From Octopus vulgaris (taxonomy: Eukaryota): a DNA stretch of 64,000 bases. The notes below the pieces were generated by a model. It saw nothing but the letters and a program-made list of their open reading frames with translations, did no database searches and had not been told where the DNA came from. Both the position numbers and the translations under genes were made by a program. Each line of letters begins with the position of its first letter. Within the stretch, counting starts at the first letter, position 1. The stretch is from contig OX597832.1 of the NCBI GenBank assembly GCA_951406725.2, positions 20,832,001-20,896,000 on the forward strand, written 5' to 3'. Of this stretch, positions 28,345 through 42,393 are shown in pieces.

Positions 28345-28900
28345 GCAATGACGACGATGACGATGGTGGTGGTGGTGGTGGTGATGATGATGATGGCAAC
28401 GACGACGACGACGATGATGGTGGTGGTGGTGGTGGTGGTGGTGGTGGTGGTGGAGGTGGTGATGATGATGACGATGATGATGAAGAGGAGGAAGATGCTG
28501 GTGATGGTGATGGTGTTGGTGGTGGTGCTAGTGGTGATGATGATGATGGTGGTGGTAGTGGTGGCATTTGTGGTAGTGTTGGTGGTGTCGGTGATAGTGT
28601 TGGTGGTGTTGGTGGTGGTGGTAATGGTGAAGGAAAATGGTTTGGCAGCAGCAGATGATGATGATGGTGGTGCTGGTGCTGGTGCTGGTCTTGGTAGTGG
28701 TGATGATGATGATGATGATAATGATGGTGGTGGTGGTGGTATTTGTGGTGGTGTCGATGGTGATGGCGGTGGTGTTGGTGGTGGATGTGGTGGTGGAGGT
28801 GGTTGTGGCGGTAGTGCTGGTGCTGGTGCTGGTGGTAATGGTGAAGGACAATGGTTCAGCAGATGATGATGATGATGATGATGAGTTGGATGAAGAGGAG
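28345..28900. repeat. Compound (GGT/GAT)n trinucleotide low-complexity tract
   Basis: Directly visible mosaic of GGT, GAT and GAC triplets. Confidence 0.9.
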
Positions 28901-29759
28901 AAAAAAGAGAAAGGTAAGTATTGGTGATGATCATAATAATGAAGAATAAAATGCGTGTATTTACCATTATAAATACATAGATATATGTGGAAATAAACAC
29001 GGCTGTGTAGGAGTGTATGCATAATCATCCTTATTCCTTATTTATGCTAGAGAGAGAGCGAGAGGCAGAAAGATTAACAGAGTGATATCGAGAGCAAGAG
29101 AGAGAGAGAGTTAAAGCGTAAGAGAAGCAGAGATGGTGGATGCGTATATTGTGAGATGATGTTTGAATGTTTTTGTACGCAGTGTTTTGTGTTTGTGTTG
29201 TATCAAACGCAATAAGAAAACAAAACACAGTTCGAATACATTTCGAATAGTTCAACATTAATTAGTATTAAATAAAATAAGATAAAATAAAATAAACGAA
29301 GAGAGATGGGAGAGAAACGAGTAAAAATAGAGAGAAAATATAGATAGGAATATTTCGATAAACCGCAATGAGACAGAAAGAGACATCAGCGATAAAAAAA
29401 AAACAACAGAGACAAAAAGGGAGATTGGAAGAGAGGGTTTGTGCACAAAAAAGGGATACATATTTTGTTTTCTCACAAGAGGGAAACAGAGAGGAATAAT
29501 AAAAAAAAAAGAGTTAATACGTACAAAGAGAAAATTTGACTCTAGAATTTAAAGATGGCGCACATTAAAGAATAAACTTTGTGGACACACAAGAGAGCTA
29601 TGGCGCCAGTCTTATAATGTGATCTATTGTTGTGTAAAACGAGGCTTACAGCGAATTATGTATATGTATGTATTCAGGTATGTATATATGTATGCATGTA
29701 TTATGTATGTATGTATAAATAGATATTTATATATCTATATCAATACATCTCTCTCTCTC

Positions 29760-29796
<37 letters not shown>

Positions 29797-29880
29797 GAGC
29801 AAATAAGAGTATATACATATATATATTTATACATAAATATATATATATATACATATATATCTGTATATATGTATATACAC

Positions 29881-29920
<40 letters not shown>

Positions 29921-29988
29921 TTTATAGATATACATATATATGTGTGTGTGTGTGCATATATGTATGTATTCATCTCTCTCTCTCTCTC

Positions 29989-30020
<32 letters not shown>

Positions 30021-30152
30021 CTAACCAATAAGAGTATATACATATAAATATTTATACATATATATATATATGTGCGTGTGTGTGTGTGTACACATATATC
30101 TGTATATATGTATATACACATATATATTTGAATATGCATATATATTAATATG

Positions 30153-30187
<35 letters not shown>

Positions 30188-30192
30188 TATTT

Positions 30193-30227
<35 letters not shown>

Positions 30228-30496
30228 ATATGTATGTATTTATAAAACATTTCTATGTATGTAATTATGGGGCGTCTGGCAGTGCGTATGTCTGTATGAA
30301 TATGTACATCCGTTTTCAGCATGATAGCATACATCAAAAGAGAATTGCTGCTAGTTACATAGCTTAAAGAGTGAGGGCATTTATACGTGTATATAAATAT
30401 TAATAGATATTTAACTAAATTTCTATGTACATAAATATTTGTGCACATATATATGTATAAATATATGCATATATCTACATACATATATATATATAC

Positions 30497-30527
<31 letters not shown>

Positions 30528-30910
30528 AGAATGTATGTATATATGTATATGTACACATATGTGTATATCGTATTTCTATATACCTACATCAATCAATATA
30601 ACAATCTCTCCCTTTCTCTCTCCCTATACTATATATATATATATATATATATATATCTTCATATGTGTGTGCGTGCATACATATCTTCTTTAAATAGCCA
30701 TGTATATGCGTAAAGATATGTATGTGTATATCTGCATATATATGCATATATTCATGATGAATCCCTGAAAGGGACGAAAGTACTAAATAAATAGATTTTC
30801 GATAAATTCTGACCACCTTCTTTTTTGTGTGAGTACTATATGTACTCACACAGACACACTGATACAAACTAGCACACACACACACACACACAAACATACT
30901 AACATATATG

Positions 30911-31004
<94 letters not shown>

Positions 31005-31034
31005 TACATATACATATAATTATACGTACAATTT

Positions 31035-31088
<54 letters not shown>

Positions 31089-31121
31089 CACATATATACA
31101 TATATATATAATTATACGTAC

Positions 31122-31188
<67 letters not shown>

Positions 31189-31268
31189 CACACAAATACA
31201 CGGTCTTATATATGTATTTTGACAGTGTATGGTTCTCTCTCTTTTTCTTTCTCTCTCTTTCTCTCTCG

Positions 31269-31346
<78 letters not shown>

Positions 31347-31394
31347 TAGATATAAATAGATGTATATATATATGCACATATATATACACACACC

Positions 31395-31430
<36 letters not shown>

Positions 31431-31996
31431 CTTATATATATACACATACACATATATACATACACACTCACACACATATATATAATATGACACACACAAA
31501 TAGACACGCACATAAATATTCACACACACACATACAGGCCCTTGCATATATCTTGATACTTATGTATATGTGCTTATAACCAGAGATATATGCATTTGTA
31601 TCTCTAAGTTTATGATTGCATGAAAGCATGCAGTTCTGTGCAAACGTTACCCAACTAAAAACCATACACAGTGCAGATTGCATCTACAATTCCTAAATGC
31701 GTCTACGTATAGCAACAGAACGTGGTACGTTTAACTGTAGGGTCTTTGTGTATTGTGCAAAACAATATTCAGTTATGTGTCAACTTTCAGCATCATGTTT
31801 GTATCAGGCGATGTACAGCACATAACGACATATACACCTGTTTATGGGTGTTAATACATGAAGTATTTAGAATATCTGTAAGGCTTTCGATTCTATACCT
31901 CTGTGTGTATGTATGTATGTGTGTGTGTGTGTGCTTCTATGCGTGAACATATCTATCTATCTATCTATCTCTCTCTCTATCTATCTATGTATCTAT

Positions 31997-32059
<63 letters not shown>

Positions 32060-32276
32060 CATGCACATATATTTCTATACATTTCTATATACACGTACTC
32101 AAGATATATATATGCACACACACACACACATACACACATCCACACACACACATACGTATATATGAAGTGATATTTGCATACAAAAACAAATATATATTTC
32201 TATCTAGTCGAGGTTCTCTCTTTCTCTAACTTCCCCTTGTTTTAGCATTCTTTCTCTCTTTTATCTCTGTATTTGC

Positions 32277-32312
<36 letters not shown>

Positions 32313-32365
32313 GTAAACACCCACGGCCACACATATAAATGCATATATATGCATATAAATAAATA

Positions 32366-32442
<77 letters not shown>

Positions 32443-32461
32443 GCATATATGTGTATATATA

Positions 32462-32524
<63 letters not shown>

Positions 32525-32627
32525 ATATTTATTGATATCTGTATTCAATATCGTTTATATGATTATCTGACTGATATTTCACTTCAACGATAACAATTTT
32601 ATTTTTTTTTTTGCATTTCTTATATTT

Positions 32628-32953
32628 TTTACTTTTTCAGTCATTTGACTACAGCTATGCTGGAGCACTGCTTTGAAAAGTTTCCTTTTTTTTGTCTATC
32701 GTTATCTTTCGCTGAACGGTTAAAGCACGCAGACGTAAGCACACCAACACCGGTTGTCAAACCCACAGACGCAAGCAAACATACACAGACCCACACAAGC
32801 ATACACACACACACACCCACACAAGCATACACACACACACCACAGAAGCATGCACACACACACACATATATCCGCTGGACAACTAATGATTGAGCTATGT
32901 TGCATTGTTGGTATGGCTGTTTTAGTATATTACAACACACATCCTTTCGATAT

Positions 32954-33002
<49 letters not shown>

Positions 33003-33157
33003 GACGGTTTCTATCAGTTTCCGTCAACCTAAAACACTCACAACGCTTTGGACGGCCAGGGTCTGTAGTAGAATACATTTGCGCTAAGTGCCACGCGGTG
33101 GGACTGAACCTAGAACCATGTCATTTGGATGCAAGCTTCTTACCACAGAGTCACGCT
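32628..33157 (-). mobile_element. Diverged SINE family A copy
   Basis: Tail CAGTCATTTGACTACAGCTATGCTGGAGCAC and head GTGCCACGCGGTGGGACTGAACC, both in reverse orientation. Confidence 0.75.
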
Positions 33158-33779
33158 TGGAAAATAGTAAAGAGGACTTCGATGGGATTTGAAATATTAT
33201 TCTATCATATTTGTTTCTACTAAACGCACAAGGACTAAAATTTGATGTGGTGGGGTTGTGTCTATTATATCGACCCCTGTATGTAACTGGTTCTTATTTC
33301 ATCGAGCTCCGAAGAGATGAAACGCAAGGTTGACCTCGGCGGTATGAGAACGCATAACATGAAGACATATTACTCTATCATAATGAAAGCACTACAGGGA
33401 GTAATAAAGACATGTTTTTTGGGGGTTTGAAGTTGAATTGAGTCACAAAATCAAATCATTCGTAAGATCTGTTCGAAACTATAATGATTGGGAATGCGGT
33501 GGTTATTGATCGTATGGATATCGGAAATTGATCTGTACTGTGTGGGATCGGCCCCGAATGGAGAACGTGTAGAGTTAGAACCCAGAACGTAAAGAGACCA
33601 GTAGCATCATGGGTAGGAAATGAAAACGTTTAAGATGATGATTATAATGATGATGAGGAGGAGGAGGAGGAGAAGGAGGAGGAGGGTTAGCCGGGAGAGG
33701 AACCGGAGGCAGAGTGAAGCGTAGATGGGGAATGTGGAGAATAGAAGAGAACTTATTAATGAAGATGACGACGAAAAGA

Positions 33780-34335
33780 AAGGAATGTGATGACGACGAC
33801 CATGACGACGGAGCCCTTGACCGTGACGATGACGATGATGTTGATGATGATGTTGGTGGTGGAGGGTCGAGTGTGATGAAGATTGAGATGGTTATCTTGA
33901 TGATGATGAAGCTGCTGTTGCCGCTGGTACTGCTGGTGCTGCTGATGGCGATGATGATGACAATGATGATGATGACGATGATGATGACAATGATGATGAT
34001 GACGATGATGATGATGATCCTGTGGGTGTTAGAGTTACAATATTAGTAGCAGTTATTGTGGTGACGGGTGTGGAGGTGCTGTGGATGACGATGATGATGA
34101 TGATGATGATAGCGGTGAAGTTGATGATGAGGAGGAGGTGGAAGATGATGGTGATGGCGGTGATGTTGATGATGGAGGAGTGGAGGAGGAGGTGCAGGAG
34201 GGGGAGGGCAGGAGCAGAAAGACTGTGGTAGTAATGACGACGACGAAGACGACGTCAACGATGACGACGCTGGTTCTGCTGCGGCTGCTGCAGCTGAGGA
34301 TAACGATGATACTGACAATGAAGATGATGGTGATA

Positions 34336-34408
<73 letters not shown>

Positions 34409-34411
34409 GGG

Positions 34412-34466
<55 letters not shown>

Positions 34467-34495
34467 GATGATGGCGATGATGATGATGATGATGT
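33780..34495. repeat. (GAT)n-dominated trinucleotide tract
   Basis: Directly visible. Confidence 0.9.
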
Positions 34496-34530
34496 TTCTG
34501 GCATCGGTGTTGGCGTTTGCAAGTTCCTCA

Positions 34531-34670
34531 CATCATGCTGACCTTCCCTTATTAAAAGTAACCTACTGTGCAGCTATAGAATCAACAATGACCAGCTTAA
34601 AGGTCAACTGAGAATGCTTAGAGTGTTCCAAACTAACCTTCTGTTGTTGAAGGACATCCTGATATATATT
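34531..34670 (-). pseudogene. Probable RAD51-paralog (RAD51D-like) pseudogene fragment spanning the Walker B motif
   Basis: The minus frame from 34670 reads NIYQDVLQQQKVSLEHSKHSQLTFKLVIVDSIAAQ*, and after a frameshift LLIREGQHD. Human RAD51D, as recalled, reads [49 protein letters not shown]. There is an in-frame TAG at 34565-34563. Confidence 0.5.
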
Positions 34671-34729
34671 TCCCCTCAAGTCTCCACAAATATATATATA
34701 TACTTAAATACAAACACACGTTCACTCAC

Positions 34730-34767
<38 letters not shown>

Positions 34768-34983
34768 GTATATACATACATACACATGCTGACATATTTA
34801 TGTGCATGTATATACATATATACATACGTACATGTATATATATATATATGTCTATGTATGTATATATATATATATGCGTGCATGTGTCTGTATCTATGTA
34901 TAGTTACTTATGGATGTATGCATATATATATCCATACATGTATATATATGTATGTATATACGTACATACATATCAATTTATAC

Positions 34984-35018
<35 letters not shown>

Positions 35019-35233
35019 TGTATGTATGTATGTATGAATGTATGTATGCATGCATGCATGTATAGCATGTATGTATATATGTGTGTATAGGTACATATAC
35101 ATATATATATACATATGTATATGTATGTAAGTATATATGTATGTGTATATACATGCATACGTTCTTACGTACGCATAGATATACAAATGCATAGATATGT
35201 AGATAGACAGACAGACAGACAGACAGATAGATG

Positions 35234-35310
<77 letters not shown>

Positions 35311-35758
35311 GTAGATAGATAGATAGGTAAATGTTTGGATAGATAGAATGATCGATCGACAGACAGGTGGAGAAATAGAAATGCCAGCAATATAAGACAC
35401 TAGCTAAATCATGCTAATTCGGACATCATATGAATCCCAAATGAATGAATGCAGATAAAATTTGCTTGAATGCAGGATGAGTTTGTGCTGTGCGTGACAG
35501 TGTGCCTTGACGCTTATTTATTATTTGTTTCACTCTAACTATATACAATCCTTTCTGTTGTCCTGTAAGAAATCAATGCTTTTGGTTGTTTATTCGATAT
35601 GGTGGGACATATTTCTTGCTTTTTACTGCTGTTTTTTTAGCCCTAGTTCAACCCTGATTGACTAGAGCAATGGCTGTGAACCGTTCCTTTTTGCCAATGG
35701 CAATGAACGGTTAATCAAGTCAGTAGTTAACCGAGAAACGAACGGGTAATATATGAAA

Positions 35759-36146
35759 TGGATGGAAGCACTCCGTCGGTTACGACGACGAGGGTTCCGG
35801 TTGATCCGAATCAACGGAACAGCCTGCTCGTGAAATTAACGTGTAAGTGGCTGAGCACTCCACAGACACGTGTACCCTTAACGTAGTTCTCGGGGATATT
35901 CAGCGTGACACAGAGAGTGAAAGGCCGGCCCTTTGAAATACAGGTACAACAGAAACAGGAAGTAAGAGTGAGAGAAAGTTGTGGTGAAAGAGTACAGCAG
36001 GGATCACCACCATCCCCTGCCGGAGCCTCGTGGAGCTTTAGGTGTTTTCGCTCAATAAATACTCACAGCGCCCGGTCTGGGAATCGAAACCACGATCCTA
36101 TGACCCCGAGTCTGCTGACCTAACCACTGGGCCATTGCGCCTCCAC
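35759..36146 (-). mobile_element. Full-length tRNA-derived SINE family C with an 11-bp target-site duplication
   Basis: Minus-strand head GGAGGCGCAATGGCCCAGTGGTTAGG..GGTTTCGATTCCC contains A and B boxes. AATATATGAAA occurs at both 35748-35758 and 36147-36157. Confidence 0.9.
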
Positions 36147-36599
36147 AATATATGAAAACATGGATTAAAACAAATCAAGCGCAGTACACCTTGAGTGGAT
36201 TTTCCTGTTTAGCTAGGAAAAAAAATCTTTTTACTGAGTCTGTGGCGGTAGTAGGTTATTATTTTGGATGCAAGAATTTGTCTCGCTTTTTGTCGCAACA
36301 TTGTTTTATATTCCCGGACGTTGTGTTCTTCAGAAAAGCATTTGCACGTTAATCGGCGATTGCTCCGCCCGCATATGCATGACCCACTGTGTTTGAGCGA
36401 AGGCAACGTCGATCTGAAAATCAATTTGATAATGTACAGCATAGATATTTGTTCAAAATAAACGGATCATCTAAGCAGGTTGTTGAGCAAGACATTACAG
36501 AAACCGTATCAATCTTTCTCAACAGAAGACTTCATTAATATTCAATGGCTTTGAATAAAGAGACTCATAACCTCCCATTTTATATACATTCTATTCACT

Positions 36600-36874
36600 T
36601 TTACTCTATCGATTCATTTTGTCGACCCGCTAAGTTACGGTGATGTAAACACATCAGCACGAAAGTCAAGAGGTGGGGGCGGTAAACGCAAACACAAGGT
36701 TACATGCACATAGGCATATATGACGAGCTTCTTTCAGTTTCCATCTGCCAAATCCATTTGCAAGGCCTTGGTCGACCCGCGCAATAGTAGATGACACTTG
36801 CCGAAGGTGCCGTGCAGGGGGACTGAATTATATACTCGAGAATTAACATTTTAACGCACAGCCACGCCTGCGCC
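36600..36874 (-). mobile_element. Diverged SINE family A copy
   Basis: CCGCTAAGTTACGG..CTTCTTTCAGTTTCC..CACAGCCACGCCTGCGCCT. Confidence 0.75.
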
Positions 36875-37451
36875 TATATATAAACAATGATATAATGAAT
36901 GTTAAAACAAACGTGAGACAATCAGAAAGTCCATAATCTTTCGTCAGTTATCGACCAGTAGTACTTGTCAGTTTCGCACCTTTAACGATAAGACTGAATG
37001 CTTCCCAATTGGCGGTGTTCGTAAAAAAATGTTTTCGTGCGTAGAATTATGGACAAGAACAAACAAAACGAAGCAAAACAAGCAAAACGACGCAGTGTGA
37101 TTTAGGACGGTCGACCAAAATACGGCCGGGGGGGGGGCAAGAAGATGTTAATACTGGGTAAGACTTAGATAATGTTTTGAACTTTGGACAACGGAGAGAC
37201 AGAATTTGCGACTGGTCAGCTAAGGGACCAGTCTAAGAAAGCAAGAAAAAGAGGAACTGGCCTCTGGTCACGTGACAGCATCAGGCAGAGGAGAAGGACA
37301 ACAGGGAGAGGGAGCGAAAGAGAAAAGAAGGGGTAAGTGAATGAAGGGAAAGTAGATGAAGGGGAAGGAGAAAGAGAAAGGGAGTAAGTAGGAAGGTTAG
37401 AATAGAAGTGACATGGTGAGAGAATTTGCGACTGGTGAGATCTGGGACCAA

Positions 37452-37482
<31 letters not shown>

Positions 37483-37483
37483 A

Positions 37484-37640
37484 TTTCTTTACTGCCCACA
37501 AGGGGCTAAACATAGAGTGGACACAAACAAGGAGAGACAAAGGGATTAAGTCGATTATATCGACCCCAGTGCGAAAGTGGTACTTTATTTATCGAACCCC
37601 GAAAGGATGAAAGGCAAAGTCGACCTCGGCGGAATTTGAA
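37484..37640 (-). mobile_element. SINE family B 3' part
   Basis: CCCACAAGGGGCTAAACATAGAG..CCCCGAAAGGATGAAAGGCAAAGTCGACCTCGGCGGAATTTGAA. Confidence 0.85.
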
Positions 37641-38084
37641 ACATATATATATATATATATGTGTATGTATGTATGTATGTATGTACACACGGGCACACAC
37701 ACGCACACATATATACCTAGAAACCTGTTTATGCATACACAACTGTGTAGAACAATATATGTGCATATGTAGATACATTTGTGAGAGAATCTACCTACAT
37801 TCGTCAAGGCATGGCAGCTATTATTCTTGCTGGTTTAGAATCGGTGATGGCGGCATTTCATGTGAGTGTAGCTTCTCCATTGGTAAGAGCGTTATTCAGG
37901 TCAGAGCTTCAAATTCTCCTGCGGATCTTGTTCAGCGTTGTTGGTGTTTAGGTTTGTTATGTATCTATGTAAATATTTGGTGGAGCATCTGCATGTGTTT
38001 GCAAATGGCAGTGTGGCGTTATAGTGGCGTACACCTCTTTAGAAATATACATACATACATGCATATATATATATATATATATAT

Positions 38085-38121
<37 letters not shown>

Positions 38122-38299
38122 CATATATCTATCTAGCGACATATGTATATATATATATATATATACATGCATATACATATATATGTATGTAAATATACTT
38201 GTGTGTATGTAAGTGGGTGGTGTGTGCGCGATGTTTGTATACATGTATGTGCATTTTTCTATAATTACGTGTATATATTTACATACACACACATGTATA

Positions 38300-38349
<50 letters not shown>

Positions 38350-38640
38350 CGTATATATTATACTTTCGTGCATGCACGCACGCGTTTATGTTTTGTTGTG
38401 TGTGCGAGCGCATGTGTGTGTGTATGTGCAAGCGCATGTGTGTGTGTGTGTGTGTGTACGTGTGTGTTGTGCTTGTACTTGGCTGTGTATATGTGTCCTT
38501 GTGTTAAATCACAAGAGAAAGCGAAACGCTATCTAGAGCCTGACCGTTCTATTGGGAAATGATGTGGCCTTTTCGACGAAAGCCGTATATACCTTGTCTC
38601 TCTCAACCACTACTTCTGGCACATTTCTTACTGGAACTGT

Positions 38641-38659
38641 CAGCGCCACCTGACGGTCA
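38641..38659 (-). promoter_or_regulatory. Candidate CTCF-binding motif
   Basis: Minus strand TGACCGTCAGGTGGCGCTG compared with the consensus TGRCCASYAGRKGGCRS. It lies in a non-repetitive island. Confidence 0.4.
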
Positions 38660-39227
38660 CTTTCAGACACTTTACCACCATTAACAGCATCAACGATTAC
38701 AAAACAACAGCAAGAACAACAGCAACGATGGTGGTGTTGGGGATAACAACAGCGAAGATGGTGTCGAAATCAGCAGCAGTAAGAAATGTCTCACCATTGA
38801 TGTGAATGCAGAATTTTGGGGAAGTGGTTTAAACGTTTGCTCCGCTAATATGTGTTAGGTGGATCGATTCCTTTGCTCGGTAGATTGGATGAATGTCTCT
38901 TATCTCGACCGACCTGGAGTTGGATCAATCCCTGTGAATGGGATCAGGCACATGGAAACTGTGTAGAAGCGTGTCGGATGCATTGTTACTTAGAGCCTTA
39001 TCACATGTAATGTCAAGCTAATTCTGCATGAGTCTTTTTTAAGTGTGTGACACCGTGGAATACTCAGCCAGTTATTGTTTCACTTAATAATTAAAGAGTT
39101 CAGTCGAACGAACTATTGCATGCTCTTCGTCGATAACGATGGAGGGCGGATGAAGCCACCACGAAAAACAGCTCGGGCAACAACGAGCGATAAATGCAGA
39201 TTAATAATCAATTGATCAGCTAGACTT

Positions 39228-39780
39228 ATTTTCTACTCTAAGCACAAGGCCAGAAATTTTGGGGGAGGGGCCAATCGATTAGATCGACTGCGGTACGCAA
39301 CTGGTACTTAATTTATCGACCTCGAAAGGCTGAAAAGCAAAGACGACCTCGGCGGAATTTGAACTCAGAGCATAACGGCAGACGAAATACCTATTTCTTT
39401 ACTACCCACAAGGGGCAAAACATAGAGGAGACAAACAAGAACAGACAGATGGATTAAGTCGATTATATTGACCCCAGTGCGTAACTCGGAGGAATTTGAA
39501 CTCAGAACGTAACGGCAGACAATGTACGTCAAAGCATTTCACTCGGCGTGCTAACTTTCCTGCCAGCTCGCCGCCTTTATTCTTTTCTACTCTAGGCATA
39601 AGGCACGAAATTTTGGGGGAGGGAGCCAGTCGATTATATCGACTCCAGTACGCAACTAGAACTTAATTTATCGACCCCGAAAGGCTGAAAAGCAAAGTCG
39701 ACCTCTGCGGAATTTGACCTCAGAACGTAAAGACAGACGAAATGTTGCTAAGCATTTCGCCCGGCGTGCTAACGTTTCTA
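39228..39780 (-). mobile_element. Three head-to-tail partial copies of SINE family B
   Basis: GGAATTTGA(A/C)CTCAGA recurs at ~39354, 39491 and 39709, with alternating tail types. Confidence 0.85.
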
Positions 39781-40298
39781 TCAATTAAATGATTACGAAA
39801 GAACACAGCGGTATCTTGAAACAAGTAGTCGTTCGATCGGTGTGTCATTTAAGACGCTCATTTCGCAACAACGTGATTCTGAGTTGAGTCACACTGCACG
39901 GTATCTTGGGTACAAACGTCTTCTACGGTAGTCTCGTTCCGTCCGAAGATGGTGAGTGAATTTGGTAGACAGAAACAAATAAAAGCGTAAAACATTAATA
40001 CGCATACAATGAAAATGGATAATGAAATATATTGCTCAAATTAGATTCGGTCTGAAACACTGCCCAAAAATATACCATAGATTGCCCTTAGCTATAAGCT
40101 GATTGGCGAAGAGGAAACGAACGTATGATAGTATTTAGTTAATATATCGTGGCCCCGATATTTCCATTGAGTCCGTGACTCGCATTTTGCTTGGGGCTAG
40201 CTTGCAAACAGTCAAACGATAGGGGAAAGTAGCGGAAGGGAACAGGAACTCATCGGGGATGTAACGACCAGTTTAGTAGGAACAGGATACTTGGTGAG

Positions 40299-40356
<58 letters not shown>

Positions 40357-40806
40357 TTATTTCGCTATTTATTTTCAATTCGTTCGTCGATAATAAAGAA
40401 CAAGAACGAAGTGGATAGCCTCAGAGAGTAATTCCAGAAGCGGAAGGATATGGAATAAGACGTGGATGAGTGAGGAATATTGCCTGAGTTGACTGTGGTT
40501 AATGTTTTGTTTGCTGTGTTTAATATTAGTAATTGAGAAAAATATGACATAAAGAAGAAACAACCAAAACACTCCAATACCACTTTTGTCTCCACCTCAC
40601 TCGCCCCCACTTCTCTTCCCCTCTCTCTCCTTTTCTCACCCTCCTCTCTCTCTTTTTACTTCTCTCCCTCCTTCTCTCTCTCTCTCTTTCTTTCTCTCTC
40701 CCTGCCTCTATATAATTTATATTTATCTACCCCTCTCTCTCTCTCTACCTTTATATTATCCATCGTTGTCTACCACTACCTCTTTCTACCTCTGTTTACA
40801 CCTCTC

Positions 40807-40865
<59 letters not shown>

Positions 40866-41342
40866 ACTCGTCTCTCTCTACCCATCTCTCTCACACACAC
40901 ACACACACACGAACACACGTTCACACACAAAGAAAATAAAGCCGAAAGGTAAGTCCGTAAATTTCAAAAATATGTTATGAATGAGTATATAATTCTTACA
41001 ATGAAAGATTTACACTTAGTATTAGACAAACAGCTTTTGGAGTGCAGGCAAAATTACTGCCAAGTCAAGTAATGCACGTTTCTAATATGATGACACATAC
41101 ATGCATACATATATGCATACAAATTCGCATACGCGCACAAAAAGATGTATAGATATATGGTATTATATCTGTATTATATATGTTATTAGATGCGTATTCG
41201 AATACACCGAAACTAGGATACTTCTGGTTCCCATAGCTAACGGGGGTTACTTTATATTTCCCTTCACGTGTGATCAGACTACATGTGTGTGTGTGTGTGT
41301 GTGTGCGTGCTTGTGTGTGTGTGTGCGTGCTTGTGTGTGTGT

Positions 41343-41381
<39 letters not shown>

Positions 41382-41864
41382 CACGTTAAGGCCAAATATT
41401 GAGAATGCGTACTCAGCACCGCAATGGTGGATAAAAATCCTGTATTTGTAGGTAACAAGATAACCAATAGTTTTATGCGGAGAGATCTTCACAATTGTCT
41501 ATAGTTAACACATAGTAAACGAGTCCTACTATCTCAATATGCTACGCTTCAAGAATTATGAACATCTCCTCAAATGAAACCATTGGTTGGCTCATTAACC
41601 TACGCATAAAGTATATATACGCAACGAAACATATATGTGTGTGTATCTGTGTGTATTTGCGTGTGTATATGTTTGTGTGTGTCTACCGAAACATCGCTAC
41701 CCCTCGGTCATGAATGGTATCTGGGGGAAGGTGTCTCCCTCTCTGTGACTTTCAGATGATTTAATACCCTGCGTGTTCAAGGAGTCATCTCCATCGCGCC
41801 ATGGGGTAGCTTACCGGTGAACAAGCAATGTACATATATCGAGTATGTAAGTTCAATGATTTTA

Positions 41865-42283
41865 TTCTTTATTGCCCACAAGGGGCTAAACATAGAGGGG
41901 ACAAACAAGGACTGACAAACGGATTAAGTCGACTATATCGACCGCTGTGCATAACAAAGAATGAAAGGCAAAGTCGACCTCGGTAGAATATGAACTCAGA
42001 ACGTAGCGTCAGACGATATACTGCTAAGCATTTCGCCAAGTGTGCAAACGATTCTTATTCTTTATTGCCCACAAGGGGCTAATCATAGAGGAGACAAACA
42101 AGGACAGACAAAGGAGTCGAATTTATATCGACCCCAGTGCATAACAGGAGGTTATTTAATCGACCCCGAAAGGTTGAAAGGCAAAGTCGACCTCGGCGGA
42201 ATTTGAACTCGGAACGTAAGAGCAGACGATATACTGCTAAGCATTTCGCCAAGCGTGTAAACGATTCTGCCAGCTCGCCGCCT
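41865..42283 (-). mobile_element. Two tandem SINE family B copies
   Basis: TTCTTTATTGCCCACAAGGGGCTAA occurs at ~41865 and ~42058. The second copy ends in CCAGCTCGCCGCC, the reverse complement of the head. Confidence 0.85.
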
Positions 42284-42348
42284 TATGTAGGTTCAATAAT
42301 GCTTACAACACTACCGCTACTTCTAGGTCATGTGTGAGTGTGTGTGTG

Positions 42349-42393
<45 letters not shown>

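Noticed and set aside
36070-36146. tRNA-like sequence with A and B boxes
   Set aside because: It is the head of a SINE, continuing into the body and tail and bounded by a TSD. No complete cloverleaf was evident.
39228-39780. Regularly recurring repeats suggestive of a CRISPR array
   Set aside because: The units are long partial SINE copies without unique spacers. The context is eukaryotic and there are no cas genes.
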